A DNA stretch of 54,734 bases, from assembly GCA_947630865.1 (NCBI GenBank), contig CANRJE010000001.1, forward strand, positions 1 to 54,734, given 5' to 3'. Origin of the DNA: an uncultured Bacilli bacterium. Lineage in GTDB: Bacteria > Bacillota_I > Bacilli_A > RF39 > UBA660. Shown here piece by piece: positions 19,043 to 28,782 of this stretch; position 1 is the first letter of the stretch; every line of letters begins with the position of its first letter. Both the position numbers and the translations under genes were made by a program. The notes beneath the pieces were generated by a model that worked only from the letters and a program-made list of their open reading frames with translations, had not been told where the DNA came from and ran no database searches.

Positions 19043-19780
19043 TTATTTTATAAGTGTTAATTTTTCTAAATTATCTTTCCTTGGCATATAAATTCCCGTA
19101 TAAGTATCATAATATTCTTTTATAAATAAATTTAACTCTTGACGAACTTTTTTAGATGAAATATTTAATTTATCAATATTTGCAATTTGAATATTTTGAA
19201 ATAATTTTAAAAGTTTTAAAGTATTAGGTTGAAATAAATATGTATTTTGATAACAATTTTTACAAACTACTCCTCCTAGATTAACATCAAATGTTAAAAT
19301 ATCAGAGTCTCCACAGGAAATACATTTGGAAAAACTAGGATTAACTCCTAAATATTTTAACATTTTTACTTCATAGATATTCGTAATAATTTCCGGATCG
19401 AAATCTTCGTTTATTTTTATTAAACATGGTATTAATTCTTCAAATATTTCACCTTGATTATTTTCTTTTAAAACATTTTTAGTTAATTCTATTAAATAAT
19501 TAGCATATCCCATCTTTTTAAAATTAGTCATAATATATTTTAAAGAATTAATGGGACTTCCTTCAATTAAGGTTGATAATCCTTTCTCTTTATAAGATAT
19601 TGTAAAACTCGCATAAACTAACTTCATACTAATACCCCGAAGATGACTTTTTAAAGATCTAGAACCTTTAGATATCACCGAAATAAGTCCATATTCTTTG
19701 GTTAAAATATTTAAAATTTTACTCGTTTCACTATAATTAGTTTCATTTAAAACGATTCCCTCGATTGTTATTTTCATCAT
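19043..19780 (-). CDS. recO: DNA repair protein RecO
   Basis: N-terminal OB-fold pattern (EGIVLNETNYSETSKILNILTKEYG) and a CxxC...CxxC zinc motif. Lies downstream of era. Confidence 0.85.
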   Translation of the reverse strand: MMKITIEGIVLNETNYSETSKILNILTKEYGLISVISKGSRSLKSHLRGISMKLVYASFTISYKEKGLSTLIEGSPINSLKYIMTNFKKMGYANYLIELTKNVLKENNQGEIFEELIPCLIKINEDFDPEIITNIYEVKMLKYLGVNPSFSKCISCGDSDILTFDVNLGGVVCKNCYQNTYLFQPNTLKLLKLFQNIQIANIDKLNISSKKVRQELNLFIKEYYDTYTGIYMPRKDNLEKLTLIK

Positions 19781-19900
19781 TTATTCCTCTATATTCATTA
19801 TATAAAAGATAATATTTAATATCTCCAGTTTTTTTAAATAAATTCCAAAGCAAATTTTCCATTATTATCACCAATTATATAATGTTATCTTTTTAAATTT

Positions 19901-20797
19901 TTATTCATTATCTAAATCATCTTTTAAACCAAGTTCCTGTAAATACTTTTCTCTATCTCGCCAATTATCAATGGTTTTTACAAATAATCTTAAATAAACT
20001 TTTTTATTAAAATATTCCTCTAAAGATATTCTTGCTTTAGTACCAATTTTCTTTAACATTGAACCATTTTTACCAATAATAATTTTTTTAAGATTATCTC
20101 TATCAACAACAATTACAACTCCAAGATTAAGGATATTGTCTTCTTCTTCATATTCTTCTAAATAACATGTAATAGAATGTGGTACTTCATCTTCTGTTTC
20201 TCTTAATACTTTTTCTCTTACTAATTCGGTTATAATCATTGACGTTGGTTGATTAGTAATATATTCATCATCATAATATTTATTCTCGTCCGTTAAATAT
20301 TTTTTAATAGTTTTAATTAATTCGGATACGTTTATATCTTTAGCTGCTGAAATTGGAATTATCTCTTTGAAATCATATAAATTTTTTAAATTATCAATTT
20401 CCTTTAACAAAACTTCTTTATCTTTAATTTTATCGATTTTATTTAAAATTAAAATTACATTTTGCTCTTCACTTTTTAATTTTTGAAGTATAAAATTATC
20501 TCCCTTACCAAAACCTGCATCAATATCAACAAGAAATAAAACTAAATCAACAGAGTTTGTCATAGCATAAGCTTTTTTATTTAAAAGAGTTCCTAATTTA
20601 TGATTTGGTTTATGAATACCTGGAGTATCTACAAAAACTATTTGAGAATCAGAATCATTATATACTCCTTCTATAATGTTCCTCGTTGTTCCTCTTTTAT
20701 CGGAAGTAATTGCAACATGACGTTTTAAAATACTATTTAAAAGAGTTGACTTTCCAACATTAGGTCGCCCTACAATGCTTACAAATCCACTTTTCAT
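19901..20797 (-). CDS. era: GTPase Era
   Basis: G1 GRPNVGKST, G3 DTPG and G4 NKID motifs, plus a C-terminal KH domain. Confidence 0.95.
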   Translation of the reverse strand: MKSGFVSIVGRPNVGKSTLLNSILKRHVAITSDKRGTTRNIIEGVYNDSDSQIVFVDTPGIHKPNHKLGTLLNKKAYAMTNSVDLVLFLVDIDAGFGKGDNFILQKLKSEEQNVILILNKIDKIKDKEVLLKEIDNLKNLYDFKEIIPISAAKDINVSELIKTIKKYLTDENKYYDDEYITNQPTSMIITELVREKVLRETEDEVPHSITCYLEEYEEEDNILNLGVVIVVDRDNLKKIIIGKNGSMLKKIGTKARISLEEYFNKKVYLRLFVKTIDNWRDREKYLQELGLKDDLDNE

Positions 20798-20798
20798 A

Positions 20799-21413
20799 TT
20801 ACCCCTTTCTTTCTATATAATCTTTAACTGGTCCATAGCTTTTACGATGTTCTTTTAAAATTCCATACTTATTAATAGCTTCTATATGTTTTTTAGTAGG
20901 ATAGCCTTTATTATGTTTAAAATCATACATAGGATATTTTTTATCAAGTAAGATTAACATTCTATCTCTTGTTACTTTAGCAATTACAGAAGCCGCTGCA
21001 ATACTTAAACTTTTAGCATCTCCTTTAATAATTGAAGTTTCAGGAATATCAGTATCTAATTTCATTGCATCAATAAGTAAATGTTCAGGTTTAATATGAC
21101 AGTTTTTAATTGCTTCTTTCATAGCAAGTTTGGTTGCTTCATAAATGTTAACTTCATCAATTACTTTTTCAGATATTACTCCTATTCCATAACTAATAGC
21201 ATCATGAATTAAAATATCATAGAATCTTTCTCTTTTCTTTTCACTTAATTTTTTAGAATCAGTTAATCCTTCTAATTTGTAGTTAAGTGGTAAAATACAA
21301 CAACAAGCAACTACTGGTCCTACTAAAGGCCCTCTTCCTACTTCATCAATTCCGCCAATTAATTTAATGCCATCTTTAATTAAATCTCTTTCAAAACTAT
21401 ATAAATCTTCCAT
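20799..21413 (-). CDS. rnhB: ribonuclease HII
   Basis: GIDEVGRGPLVGPVV and the DSK motif. Confidence 0.9.
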   Translation of the reverse strand: MEDLYSFERDLIKDGIKLIGGIDEVGRGPLVGPVVACCCILPLNYKLEGLTDSKKLSEKKRERFYDILIHDAISYGIGVISEKVIDEVNIYEATKLAMKEAIKNCHIKPEHLLIDAMKLDTDIPETSIIKGDAKSLSIAAASVIAKVTRDRMLILLDKKYPMYDFKHNKGYPTKKHIEAINKYGILKEHRKSYGPVKDYIERKG

Positions 21414-21856
21414 TATAAATTACTTAATCTATCTTTGATTTTAAGACTAACTTCTTTCATATCAGCTTTACCTTTAACAAGTGGTGTTAAACTCTTCATA
21501 ATAAGTCCCATATCTTTTGCTCCAGTTGGTTTTACTTCATTAAAGACATCATCAATTATTTTATTTAATTCATCATCAGTTAATTGTTCTGGTAAAAATG
21601 TTTCTAATAACTCTATTTCTTTTTTAGTTTTTTCTATTAAATCTTCACGATTACCTTTTTCAAATTCTAAAATAGATTCTTTTCTTGTTTTAATTTCTCT
21701 TGATAAAATATCAATTACAAGTTCATCTGTTATATCTACTTTTTTATTAATATGTTCAAGGTCAACATTTCCTTTAACTCCTCTTAATGTTTGAACTTTT
21801 AGCATATCTTTTTCTTTCATAGCAGTAACTATTTCACTTTTTATTTTCTCGTACAT
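21413..21856 (-). CDS. GatB/YqeY domain-containing protein
   Basis: 147 aa. The pattern I..AMK.KD....TLR ... and the size match the YqeY family. Confidence 0.8.
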   Translation of the reverse strand: MYEKIKSEIVTAMKEKDMLKVQTLRGVKGNVDLEHINKKVDITDELVIDILSREIKTRKESILEFEKGNREDLIEKTKKEIELLETFLPEQLTDDELNKIIDDVFNEVKPTGAKDMGLIMKSLTPLVKGKADMKEVSLKIKDRLSNL

Positions 21857-21926
21857 AATCTCACCTTCCTATTCAATTATATATTAAATTTAAAAAAAAG
21901 TATAGAAAAAGAAGTAAGTTTTTACT

Positions 21927-22373
21927 TCAATATTTTAAATGCTTATCTTGAAATTTACTTAAAAATTCTTGACTAACACTTACTAAGAAAGCTGTTGTTA
22001 AGATATTTTCAACTTTACTATTAAATCCTTCTCTTTCAGAACCAGTTATATCTCTAGGAGTCATAAATAATTCTATTGTTTCCATAAATTCTGCTCTTAA
22101 TATAGGAGTACTATCTTTTGCTTCTTCTAAATATGAAGATATTTCTTTTTTTAAATTATCTAATTCTTCTATACTAAGATTAGCAATCACTTCTAAATAA
22201 AAATTAGAACTTATAATTTTACCAATATCAATAATATTTACAATGTAACCATCAAGTAATTTGATTATTTCTTCAAAGGTAATCGCTACATCTAAATATG
22301 AACTAATTCTCTCAACAATTTCCTCTATTTTGAAACAAGCAAAATCAAACATAATATCATCTCCAAAAAACAT
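21927..22373 (-). CDS. hypothetical protein
   Basis: ORF only; no recognisable motifs. The start is uncertain. Confidence 0.35.
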   Translation of the reverse strand: MFFGDDIMFDFACFKIEEIVERISSYLDVAITFEEIIKLLDGYIVNIIDIGKIISSNFYLEVIANLSIEELDNLKKEISSYLEEAKDSTPILRAEFMETIELFMTPRDITGSEREGFNSKVENILTTAFLVSVSQEFLSKFQDKHLKY

Positions 22374-22417
22374 GTTCTATGATATCATGATGAAAAAGAA
22401 ATATCAATTAGATTTTT

Positions 22418-23119
22418 TTAATATTTCTCTTCCTCAAATCTTATTAATGAATCTTTATCAACAACAAGACCATAATTTTTTATAGATGACCTTTGCTTAA
22501 TTTCAGTATCACTTGGATCTACATAATCATGAAATAATTTTTCTACTTCTAAATAATTACTAGAATTAAAAGTATAAAGTGAAGATACAATTTTTTTATC
22601 TAATTCTTTTGAAACATCTAAGAAAACTTGTTGAATTTCTTCTTTCTTATCACTGATATCCTCTTCATTTATAGCAACTTTTATAAAAAAATCTTCAAAT
22701 GAATATTTTTCCTTATACTCACTATAAGTTATTATTTTAGAATTTCTCTCTCTATCATAATCATTAAAATCTACAATAGTAGCACAAGAAATTGCCTCAA
22801 TTCCTTTATTTTTTAACCCTTCTTCAAGTTTTTTTTGAACGTCATAATATATTACATGATCAATATAATTATCTAATAATTCTCCGTCAGGAAGCATTGC
22901 TTCAAATAAAATTTCAGGATTTCTTTTTGGATATACATAATATCTGCCATTTACAGATAGTAAATCTCTACCTCCAAATTTAGTAGCTTGAAACTCCTCA
23001 TGATATTTTTCTTCTAACTTTTTAATTAAAGTTTTACTATTTGTAGTATCACAGCCAAGAGATAAAAAAGATAGAAATGTTATAACTACAAAACTTACAA
23101 TTATTTTTTTCATTTTCAA
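22418..23119 (-). CDS. hypothetical lipoprotein
   Basis: Signal peptide with lipobox LSLGCD. No other recognisable domain. Confidence 0.5.
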   Translation of the reverse strand: MKMKKIIVSFVVITFLSFLSLGCDTTNSKTLIKKLEEKYHEEFQATKFGGRDLLSVNGRYYVYPKRNPEILFEAMLPDGELLDNYIDHVIYYDVQKKLEEGLKNKGIEAISCATIVDFNDYDRERNSKIITYSEYKEKYSFEDFFIKVAINEEDISDKKEEIQQVFLDVSKELDKKIVSSLYTFNSSNYLEVEKLFHDYVDPSDTEIKQRSSIKNYGLVVDKDSLIRFEEEKY

Positions 23120-23169
23120 TTCTCCTCTATAAAAAGAATATCATGAAGAAAAAATAGAGTCAATAAATT

Positions 23170-25329
23170 CTACATTGTTCTTGGATTAAAATCAACATCT
23201 ATTTTGATTTTATTATTTGTTTTATAATGCTCAAGTAAATTTTCTAAAACTTGATACAAATTATCTTCTTGTTTATATTTGATAATGATATTAAAACGAT
23301 AAACTTCATTTACTCTAAAGGGATTAGCAAGACTTGGTCCTAAAAGAGGAAACGTCAATTTACTACTTAAAAATTCTTTAACTTTTCGAACTTCATTCGA
23401 TAGCATAGTATAATCTTTACTTTTAATTCTTACTAAAACTAAATAATAATAAGGAGGATATCCTAATAACTTACGATTTTTCATTTCTTCTAAATAAAAA
23501 CCTTTATAATCATTATTCTTAGCATAAGTTATAGCATAATGTTCTGGATTAAATGTTTGAATAATAACACTACCACTCTTTTCTCCTCTTCCACTTCTTC
23601 CACTTACTTGATTTAAAAGTTGGAAAGTTACTTCACTACTTCTAAAATCAGGAATATTTAAACTGTTATCTGCATTGATAACTCCAACTAATGTAACATT
23701 AGCAAAATCTAAACCTTTAGCAATCATTTGAGTTCCAATTAAAATATCATATTCATGTTCTTTAAATGAATTAATAATTTTTTCATGACTTCCCTTTTTA
23801 GTTGTTGTATCAAAATCCATTCGAATTGTTTTATAATTAGGAAAAAGTTCATTTAACTCCTCTTCAACTTGTTCTGTTCCGGAACCAGAAATTGTTAGAT
23901 TAGAAGAATTACAACTAGGACATTTATCTTTTTTAACTTCAGCATATCCACAGTAATGGCATCTTAACATTCCACTTGACTTATGATAAGTTAAAGTAAT
24001 TTCACAATTAGGACATAAAAAAGTCTTACCACAATCATCGCAAACAATATTGGAAGCATATCCTCTTTTATTTAAAAATAAAATTACCTGTTCATCTCTT
24101 TTTAAAACTTCTTGCATCTTATTATATAAAGTTTCTGAAAAGAATTTACTTATCTTTTTATTTTTAAACATATCAACAATCAAAACTTTAGGTAAAGGAC
24201 GATTATTAACTCGTTCTTGTAATTCTAATAATTTATAAACTCCTTTTAAAGCTCTTGCATAACTTTCTAAAGTAGGTGTTGCACTTCCAAGAATAACTGG
24301 AGCATTATGATAATTACCTCTCCATTTAGCAATATCAATAGCATCATATCTTGGATTATTATCTTGTTTATAGGAACTTGAATGCTCTTCATCTACAATA
24401 ATAATTCCAATATTTTCAAGTGGTGTAAAAATGGCACTTCTTGCTCCAATTACTATTTTAATGTTTTCTTTTTTTATTTTTCGATATTCATCATATTTTT
24501 CTGAATCGGATAAACCTGAATGAAAAATAGCAATAATACCTCCAAAACGCTCTTTGAATCTTCTTACTGTTTGAGGTGTTAAACTAATTTCTGGAATTAA
24601 AACAATGGCAGTTTTATCTTCATTAATTACTTTTTCTATTAATTCCATATAAACTTCTGTTTTACCACTTCCTGTTACACCATGAAGTAAATAAGTATTA
24701 AAGTTATTTAATTCAACTTTTTTAAAAACACTTTCTTGTAACTTAGTTAAAGGATATTTCTCTTTTTTTAAATAATCTAAGTCTAACCTGTAAACTTCAA
24801 CTTTTTCTTTCGTTAAAATTCCTTTTTTAATTAAAGTATCAACACTTGCATTAATCTTTTTTAAATAAGTATAGGTAACATTTTTCTTAGTTCTTAAAAT
24901 ATTTATAATTATTTGTTGTTTATCACTTATTTTATATTTTGCAAGTTCTAATTCATTTAAATAAACATATGTTTCATATTTAATATTTACTTTTTTATTT
25001 CTTTTAGCTTTATATCCATTTGGAAGCATAACTTGATAACAAGATATTAAAGTTGCTAAAGTTTTAGAACTCATATATTTACCAAGTTCTAATAATTCTT
25101 TTGTTAAAATAATATCTTCATCAATTACTTCAAGTATCTCTTTTAACTCATAATCTTCGTCTTCATATTCTATTATATCTAAAACAAACCCTTCAATTTT
25201 AAGATTAGCAAAAGGAACTAATACTCTAACACCAATTTGAACTTTATCCTCTAAATTCTTAGGTATTAAATAACTAAAAGTCTTATCAATATTTCTATTT
25301 GAAAGTTCAACTAAAACACGTGCTATCAT
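23170..25329 (-). CDS. priA: primosomal protein N-prime (PriA helicase)
   Basis: Walker A GVTGSGKT, DEEH box, and a four-Cys-pair zinc region (CDDCG..CPNC..CHYCG..CPSC). Start is the ATG at 25329, with AGAGGTGA upstream. Confidence 0.9.
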   Translation of the reverse strand: MIARVLVELSNRNIDKTFSYLIPKNLEDKVQIGVRVLVPFANLKIEGFVLDIIEYEDEDYELKEILEVIDEDIILTKELLELGKYMSSKTLATLISCYQVMLPNGYKAKRNKKVNIKYETYVYLNELELAKYKISDKQQIIINILRTKKNVTYTYLKKINASVDTLIKKGILTKEKVEVYRLDLDYLKKEKYPLTKLQESVFKKVELNNFNTYLLHGVTGSGKTEVYMELIEKVINEDKTAIVLIPEISLTPQTVRRFKERFGGIIAIFHSGLSDSEKYDEYRKIKKENIKIVIGARSAIFTPLENIGIIIVDEEHSSSYKQDNNPRYDAIDIAKWRGNYHNAPVILGSATPTLESYARALKGVYKLLELQERVNNRPLPKVLIVDMFKNKKISKFFSETLYNKMQEVLKRDEQVILFLNKRGYASNIVCDDCGKTFLCPNCEITLTYHKSSGMLRCHYCGYAEVKKDKCPSCNSSNLTISGSGTEQVEEELNELFPNYKTIRMDFDTTTKKGSHEKIINSFKEHEYDILIGTQMIAKGLDFANVTLVGVINADNSLNIPDFRSSEVTFQLLNQVSGRSGRGEKSGSVIIQTFNPEHYAITYAKNNDYKGFYLEEMKNRKLLGYPPYYYLVLVRIKSKDYTMLSNEVRKVKEFLSSKLTFPLLGPSLANPFRVNEVYRFNIIIKYKQEDNLYQVLENLLEHYKTNNKIKIDVDFNPRTM

Positions 25330-25410
25330 GTTGTCACCTCTTAAATTGATTTTATCAAATATCAAAAAAAGTTACAATCCAATTTAAAAAGATATAAACT
25401 TTTTTATTCA

Positions 25411-26604
25411 TTAAATGTTATCAAGCGACTCCATAGTTAAAAAATCTTTCAATTTAATATGAATAACTGTACTTGTAGAATAATCTAAATCATCATTAGT
25501 AATTAATATCTTCTTATGAGTATTATCTATACTAGCAAAAGCCTTAAATTCTCTATTATAAGCTTTTTCATCAGCAACACTATAGGCTACTTGAATATAG
25601 TATTCTTTACCATCTTTGATTGCTATAAAATCTATTTCTTTATCATTAAAATCTTTACTTAAAACTTTTAAATCATAATTCATATATATAAGTTCATTAT
25701 AAACAATATTCTCCATATTATGAGTTAAATCATATCTATTATCTAAACATCTTAATGAATTAAAAGAAACATCTTCATCATAAATTTTAAAATAATAAGT
25801 TAATTCACTTTTAGTCTTTGATGAATATGGTTTAATTCTATTAATAAGATATGCTTTTTCTAAATAAGATAAATATTTAATTATTGTATTTACAGAACCT
25901 TTTATATGTTCTTTTTTTAAATAATTTTCAATAGAACGCGAAGAAAAAATTCTTGAATTAGATATTAATACATAATTTACAATTCTTTTAAATAATTCTT
26001 CATTTTTAATATCAAATCTTATAATTAAATCTTTTACTATAATTGAATCATTTAGATCTTTTAAATAAGTAATCATGTTATCTTTGTCAAACTCAAATCT
26101 TTTAGGAAAACCTCCCCAAACAAGATAATCAGTAATACTACATTCTTTATTCAATTCTTTTGTATAATCTAATATTTCTTTATATACAAATGGTCTAATT
26201 CTAAATGAAACATATCTACCACTAAAAGCATCTGTATATTCTTTTGAAAGAATTTTTGAATTAGAACCTGTAATAAATACTGAATTGTTATGTAATCTTA
26301 AAGTTTTTACTGCTTTATTCCAATCGATTACTTCATGTATTTCATCTAAAAATATATAACATTTGCCTTCTTTACGATTTTCTTCAACATATTTTATTAA
26401 CTTTTCACTATTATAAAGATTAGAAATAACACTTTCATCTTCAAAATTCAAATAAATAATATTATCTGTCTTTTTACTTATTTCTTTCATTATTTGCTCT
26501 AAAATAATAGATTTTCCACATCTTCTTATACCTGTTATTATTTTAATTAAATCAGAATCATAAAAACCTCTTATTTGTTTTAAATAATGTTCTCGACTTA
26601 TCAC
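25411..26604 (-). CDS. AAA+ ATPase (AAA_14-type) with DUF4143-like C-terminal domain
   Basis: Walker A GIRRCGKS, Walker B IFLDEI, and C-terminal EIDFIAIKDGKEYYIQV. GTG start with GAGGTGA upstream. The family assignment is from memory of this architecture. Confidence 0.75.
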   Translation of the reverse strand: MISREHYLKQIRGFYDSDLIKIITGIRRCGKSIILEQIMKEISKKTDNIIYLNFEDESVISNLYNSEKLIKYVEENRKEGKCYIFLDEIHEVIDWNKAVKTLRLHNNSVFITGSNSKILSKEYTDAFSGRYVSFRIRPFVYKEILDYTKELNKECSITDYLVWGGFPKRFEFDKDNMITYLKDLNDSIIVKDLIIRFDIKNEELFKRIVNYVLISNSRIFSSRSIENYLKKEHIKGSVNTIIKYLSYLEKAYLINRIKPYSSKTKSELTYYFKIYDEDVSFNSLRCLDNRYDLTHNMENIVYNELIYMNYDLKVLSKDFNDKEIDFIAIKDGKEYYIQVAYSVADEKAYNREFKAFASIDNTHKKILITNDDLDYSTSTVIHIKLKDFLTMESLDNI

Positions 26605-26625
26605 TTTCTAATCACCTCAATTATA

Positions 26626-26654
26626 ATTATAATGAACAATTTTTTAAATGTCAA
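26626..26654 (-). promoter_or_regulatory. consensus promoter of the AAA ATPase gene
   Basis: Minus strand has TTGACA, a 17-nt spacer, then TATAAT. Confidence 0.6.
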
Positions 26655-26705
26655 TATTTTTGTTCAGTCAAATGAACAATTTTTCAAATTTTAAAAATTT
26701 GTTCA
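26633..26705. repeat. two tandem inverted-repeat units TGAACAA-N20-TTGTTCA and TGAACAA-N19-TTGTTCA
   Basis: Heptamers lie at 26633-26639, 26660-26666, 26673-26679 and 26699-26705. Each TGAACAA copy extends to AATGAACAATTTTT. The first unit overlaps the promoter spacer. Confidence 0.6.
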
Positions 26706-26792
26706 ATTGCTTTTTATCGATAATATTTCATCTAATAGAAAATCCTTTGTTTACAATTGTTAGTTACCGTTATATAATTATCTCGTGATGTT

Positions 26793-27107
26793 ATGAAAAG
26801 ATTTAATATGATTTCAGAAAATTTTATATGTGAACATTGTGGATACGATGTTAAAAAATTAGATTATACAGCAAGGGACCATTGTCCTAATTGTTTATAT
26901 TCAAAACATGTTGATATTAATCCAGGTGATAGAAATAATTCTTGTCAAGGTTTAATGAAACCAATTGGTATTGAAAAATTTAAAGATTCTTATAAAATAA
27001 TTTATCAATGTGAAAAATGCCATGAAATCCATAAAAATAAAGTAGCAAATGATGATAATATGGATTTAATAATTGAATTATCCAATTTAAATAGTCATTT
27101 ACAATAA
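26793..27107 (+). CDS. RNHCP domain-containing protein
   Basis: Zinc-ribbon pattern CEHCG...RDHCPNCLYSKHVD...CQG...CEKCH. Confidence 0.65.
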   Translation: MKRFNMISENFICEHCGYDVKKLDYTARDHCPNCLYSKHVDINPGDRNNSCQGLMKPIGIEKFKDSYKIIYQCEKCHEIHKNKVANDDNMDLIIELSNLNSHLQ

Positions 27108-27159
27108 CAAAAAACTCCTTTATGCGTAAACTATTATAGATAATAAAGGAGGTAATATT

Positions 27160-27333
27160 ATGTATTATTACGGTGGTTATCCAAACTATGGATATGGTAA
27201 CTCTTGCTGTAATTCTGGCAACGTAGGTTACATTTATCCAAACTACGGATACAACAACAACTCTAATTATGCTATTATCATTGTATTATTCATTTTATTA
27301 GTTATAATTATTGGTACTAGATGGGGAAGATAG
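27160..27333 (+). CDS. tiny Tyr/Gly/Asn-rich membrane protein (YjcZ-like sporulation-family protein)
   Basis: Hand-translated 57 aa: MYYYGGYPNYGYGNSCCNSGNVGYIYPNYGYNNNSNYAIIIVLFILLVIIIGTRWGR. AAAGGAGG lies 7 nt upstream. The C-terminal AIIIVLFILLVIIIG resembles the YjcZ/tiny-TM family. This ORF is not in the ORF track. Confidence 0.55.
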   Translation: MYYYGGYPNYGYGNSCCNSGNVGYIYPNYGYNNNSNYAIIIVLFILLVIIIGTRWGR

Positions 27334-27350
27334 AATTTCTTCCTTTTTAA

Positions 27351-27379
27351 TTTACATTTTTCCCTATTTGTGATAAAAT
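27351..27379 (+). promoter_or_regulatory. promoter of def
   Basis: TTTACA, a 17-nt spacer, then TGaTAAAAT (extended -10). Confidence 0.5.
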
Positions 27380-27400
27380 GTAAGCCGAGTGGTGATTAGT

Positions 27401-27949
27401 ATGTTAAAAATGAAAGATATATTAGATGAAAAAGATAAAAGACTACATGAAGTATCAAAAGACGTAACCTTTCCTATTTCAGATGAAGATAAAAAGCTAG
27501 TTAAAGATATGATTGAATTTTTAACGGATAGTCAAATTGAAGAATTAGCAGAAAAATATGATTTAAGACCTGGTATGGGACTTGCTGCTATTCAACTTGG
27601 AATTCCTAAAAGATTCTTTGTAGTTGTTCATGAATATGATGAAGGACAATTTGATAATTATGTTATTTTTAATCCTAAATTAGTTAGTAATTCTGAAGAA
27701 ATAATCTATGTTGGAGATGGTGAAGGTTGCTTGTCCGTTAATAGAGAAGTTGCTGGAATTGTACCACGATATGCTAGAGTTACCGTTGAAGGATATGATG
27801 AAAATGGTAATCAAATAAGAATTAGAGCCAGAGAGGAATTAGCAATTGCTTTTCAACATGAATTAGACCACTTAGATGGTATCTTGTTTACCGATAAAAT
27901 TGATCCAAAAGATCCATACAAAAATAAGAATTTATATCGCGAAATATAA
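27401..27949 (+). CDS. def: peptide deformylase
   Basis: GMGLAAIQLG, EGCLS and QHELDHLDG motifs. Start is the ATG at 27401. Confidence 0.9.
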   Translation: MLKMKDILDEKDKRLHEVSKDVTFPISDEDKKLVKDMIEFLTDSQIEELAEKYDLRPGMGLAAIQLGIPKRFFVVVHEYDEGQFDNYVIFNPKLVSNSEEIIYVGDGEGCLSVNREVAGIVPRYARVTVEGYDENGNQIRIRAREELAIAFQHELDHLDGILFTDKIDPKDPYKNKNLYREI

Positions 27950-27956
27950 ATTCTTT

Positions 27957-28748
27957 TTATTTTAAAGTTTTCTTTAAAGTTTTTATAGCATTTTTTTCTA
28001 ATCTTGATACTTGAGCCTGACTTATTCCAAGTTCTTGAGCTATTTCCATTTGGGTTTCTCCATAAATATATCTTTTATCTAAAATATTTCTTTCTCTTGA
28101 AGTTAAATCACTAATTGCTTTTTTTAAGGCTAAACGGGTTTCAATATCACTTTTTTCAGATTTATCTTCAAGTTGTTCATATAGATAAATAGTATCTCCC
28201 CCATCATTATAAATTGGTTCATTGATACTAATCGGGTCAGTTAAAGCTTCAAGACTTGTTAGAACATCAATTTCTGTTTCTCCTAAAGCTTTAGCAATCA
28301 TTTCATAACTAGGAACATATCCTAAAGTATTAGTTAATTCATCTCTTTTAGCTATAGCTTTATAGGCTAAGTCTTTTACACTTCTACTAACTCGAAGTAA
28401 ACTATTATCTCTTAAATATCTTCTTATTTCTCCACTTATCATAGGAATTGCATAAGTTGATAACTTAAGTCCTAAATCAACATTAAAGTTATCAATAGCT
28501 TTTGTTAAACCAATCACTCCTACTTGAAATAAATCATCAAGATTATCGCATTTTAAAACATATTTTTTTAGAATTGATAAAACTAATTTTAAATTACCAT
28601 TAATTAATCTTTCTTTAGCACTTAATTCTCCTTTAGCCATTTCACGAAATAGTTTTTCCGTCTCATCGCTTGTTAAAACCTCGATTTCATTTGTATTAAC
28701 ACCTGTTATTTCAACTTTATGTCTTGCCAAAATAAAATCTCCTTTCAT
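27957..28748 (-). CDS. sigG: sporulation sigma factor, SigG-like (SigF/SigG family)
   Basis: N-terminus HKVEITGVNT..LT.DE..KLF resembles B. subtilis SigG NKVEICGVDTSKLPVL. Also has NGNLKLVLSI, DLFQVGVIGL, EIRRYLRDN, EPIYNDGGD and ISQAQVSRLEK. Confidence 0.8.
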   Translation of the reverse strand: MKGDFILARHKVEITGVNTNEIEVLTSDETEKLFREMAKGELSAKERLINGNLKLVLSILKKYVLKCDNLDDLFQVGVIGLTKAIDNFNVDLGLKLSTYAIPMISGEIRRYLRDNSLLRVSRSVKDLAYKAIAKRDELTNTLGYVPSYEMIAKALGETEIDVLTSLEALTDPISINEPIYNDGGDTIYLYEQLEDKSEKSDIETRLALKKAISDLTSRERNILDKRYIYGETQMEIAQELGISQAQVSRLEKNAIKTLKKTLK

Positions 28749-28782
28749 ATCTATATTGATAAAAAGAAGATTTTTTATTCAA

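Noticed and set aside
21435-21794. Long antisense ORFs in the track, each fully inside a well-supported gene on the other strand or frame: 6627-6845, 8401-8610, 9094-9336, 21435-21794, 22261-22485, 22792-22983, 24050-24238, 28976-29182, 29618-29872, 44532-44849, 45909-46172 and 47178-47411.
   Set aside because: They are Ser/Leu/Ile/Phe-rich shadow frames of AT-rich coding sequence. They have no SD sequences and no recognisable motifs.
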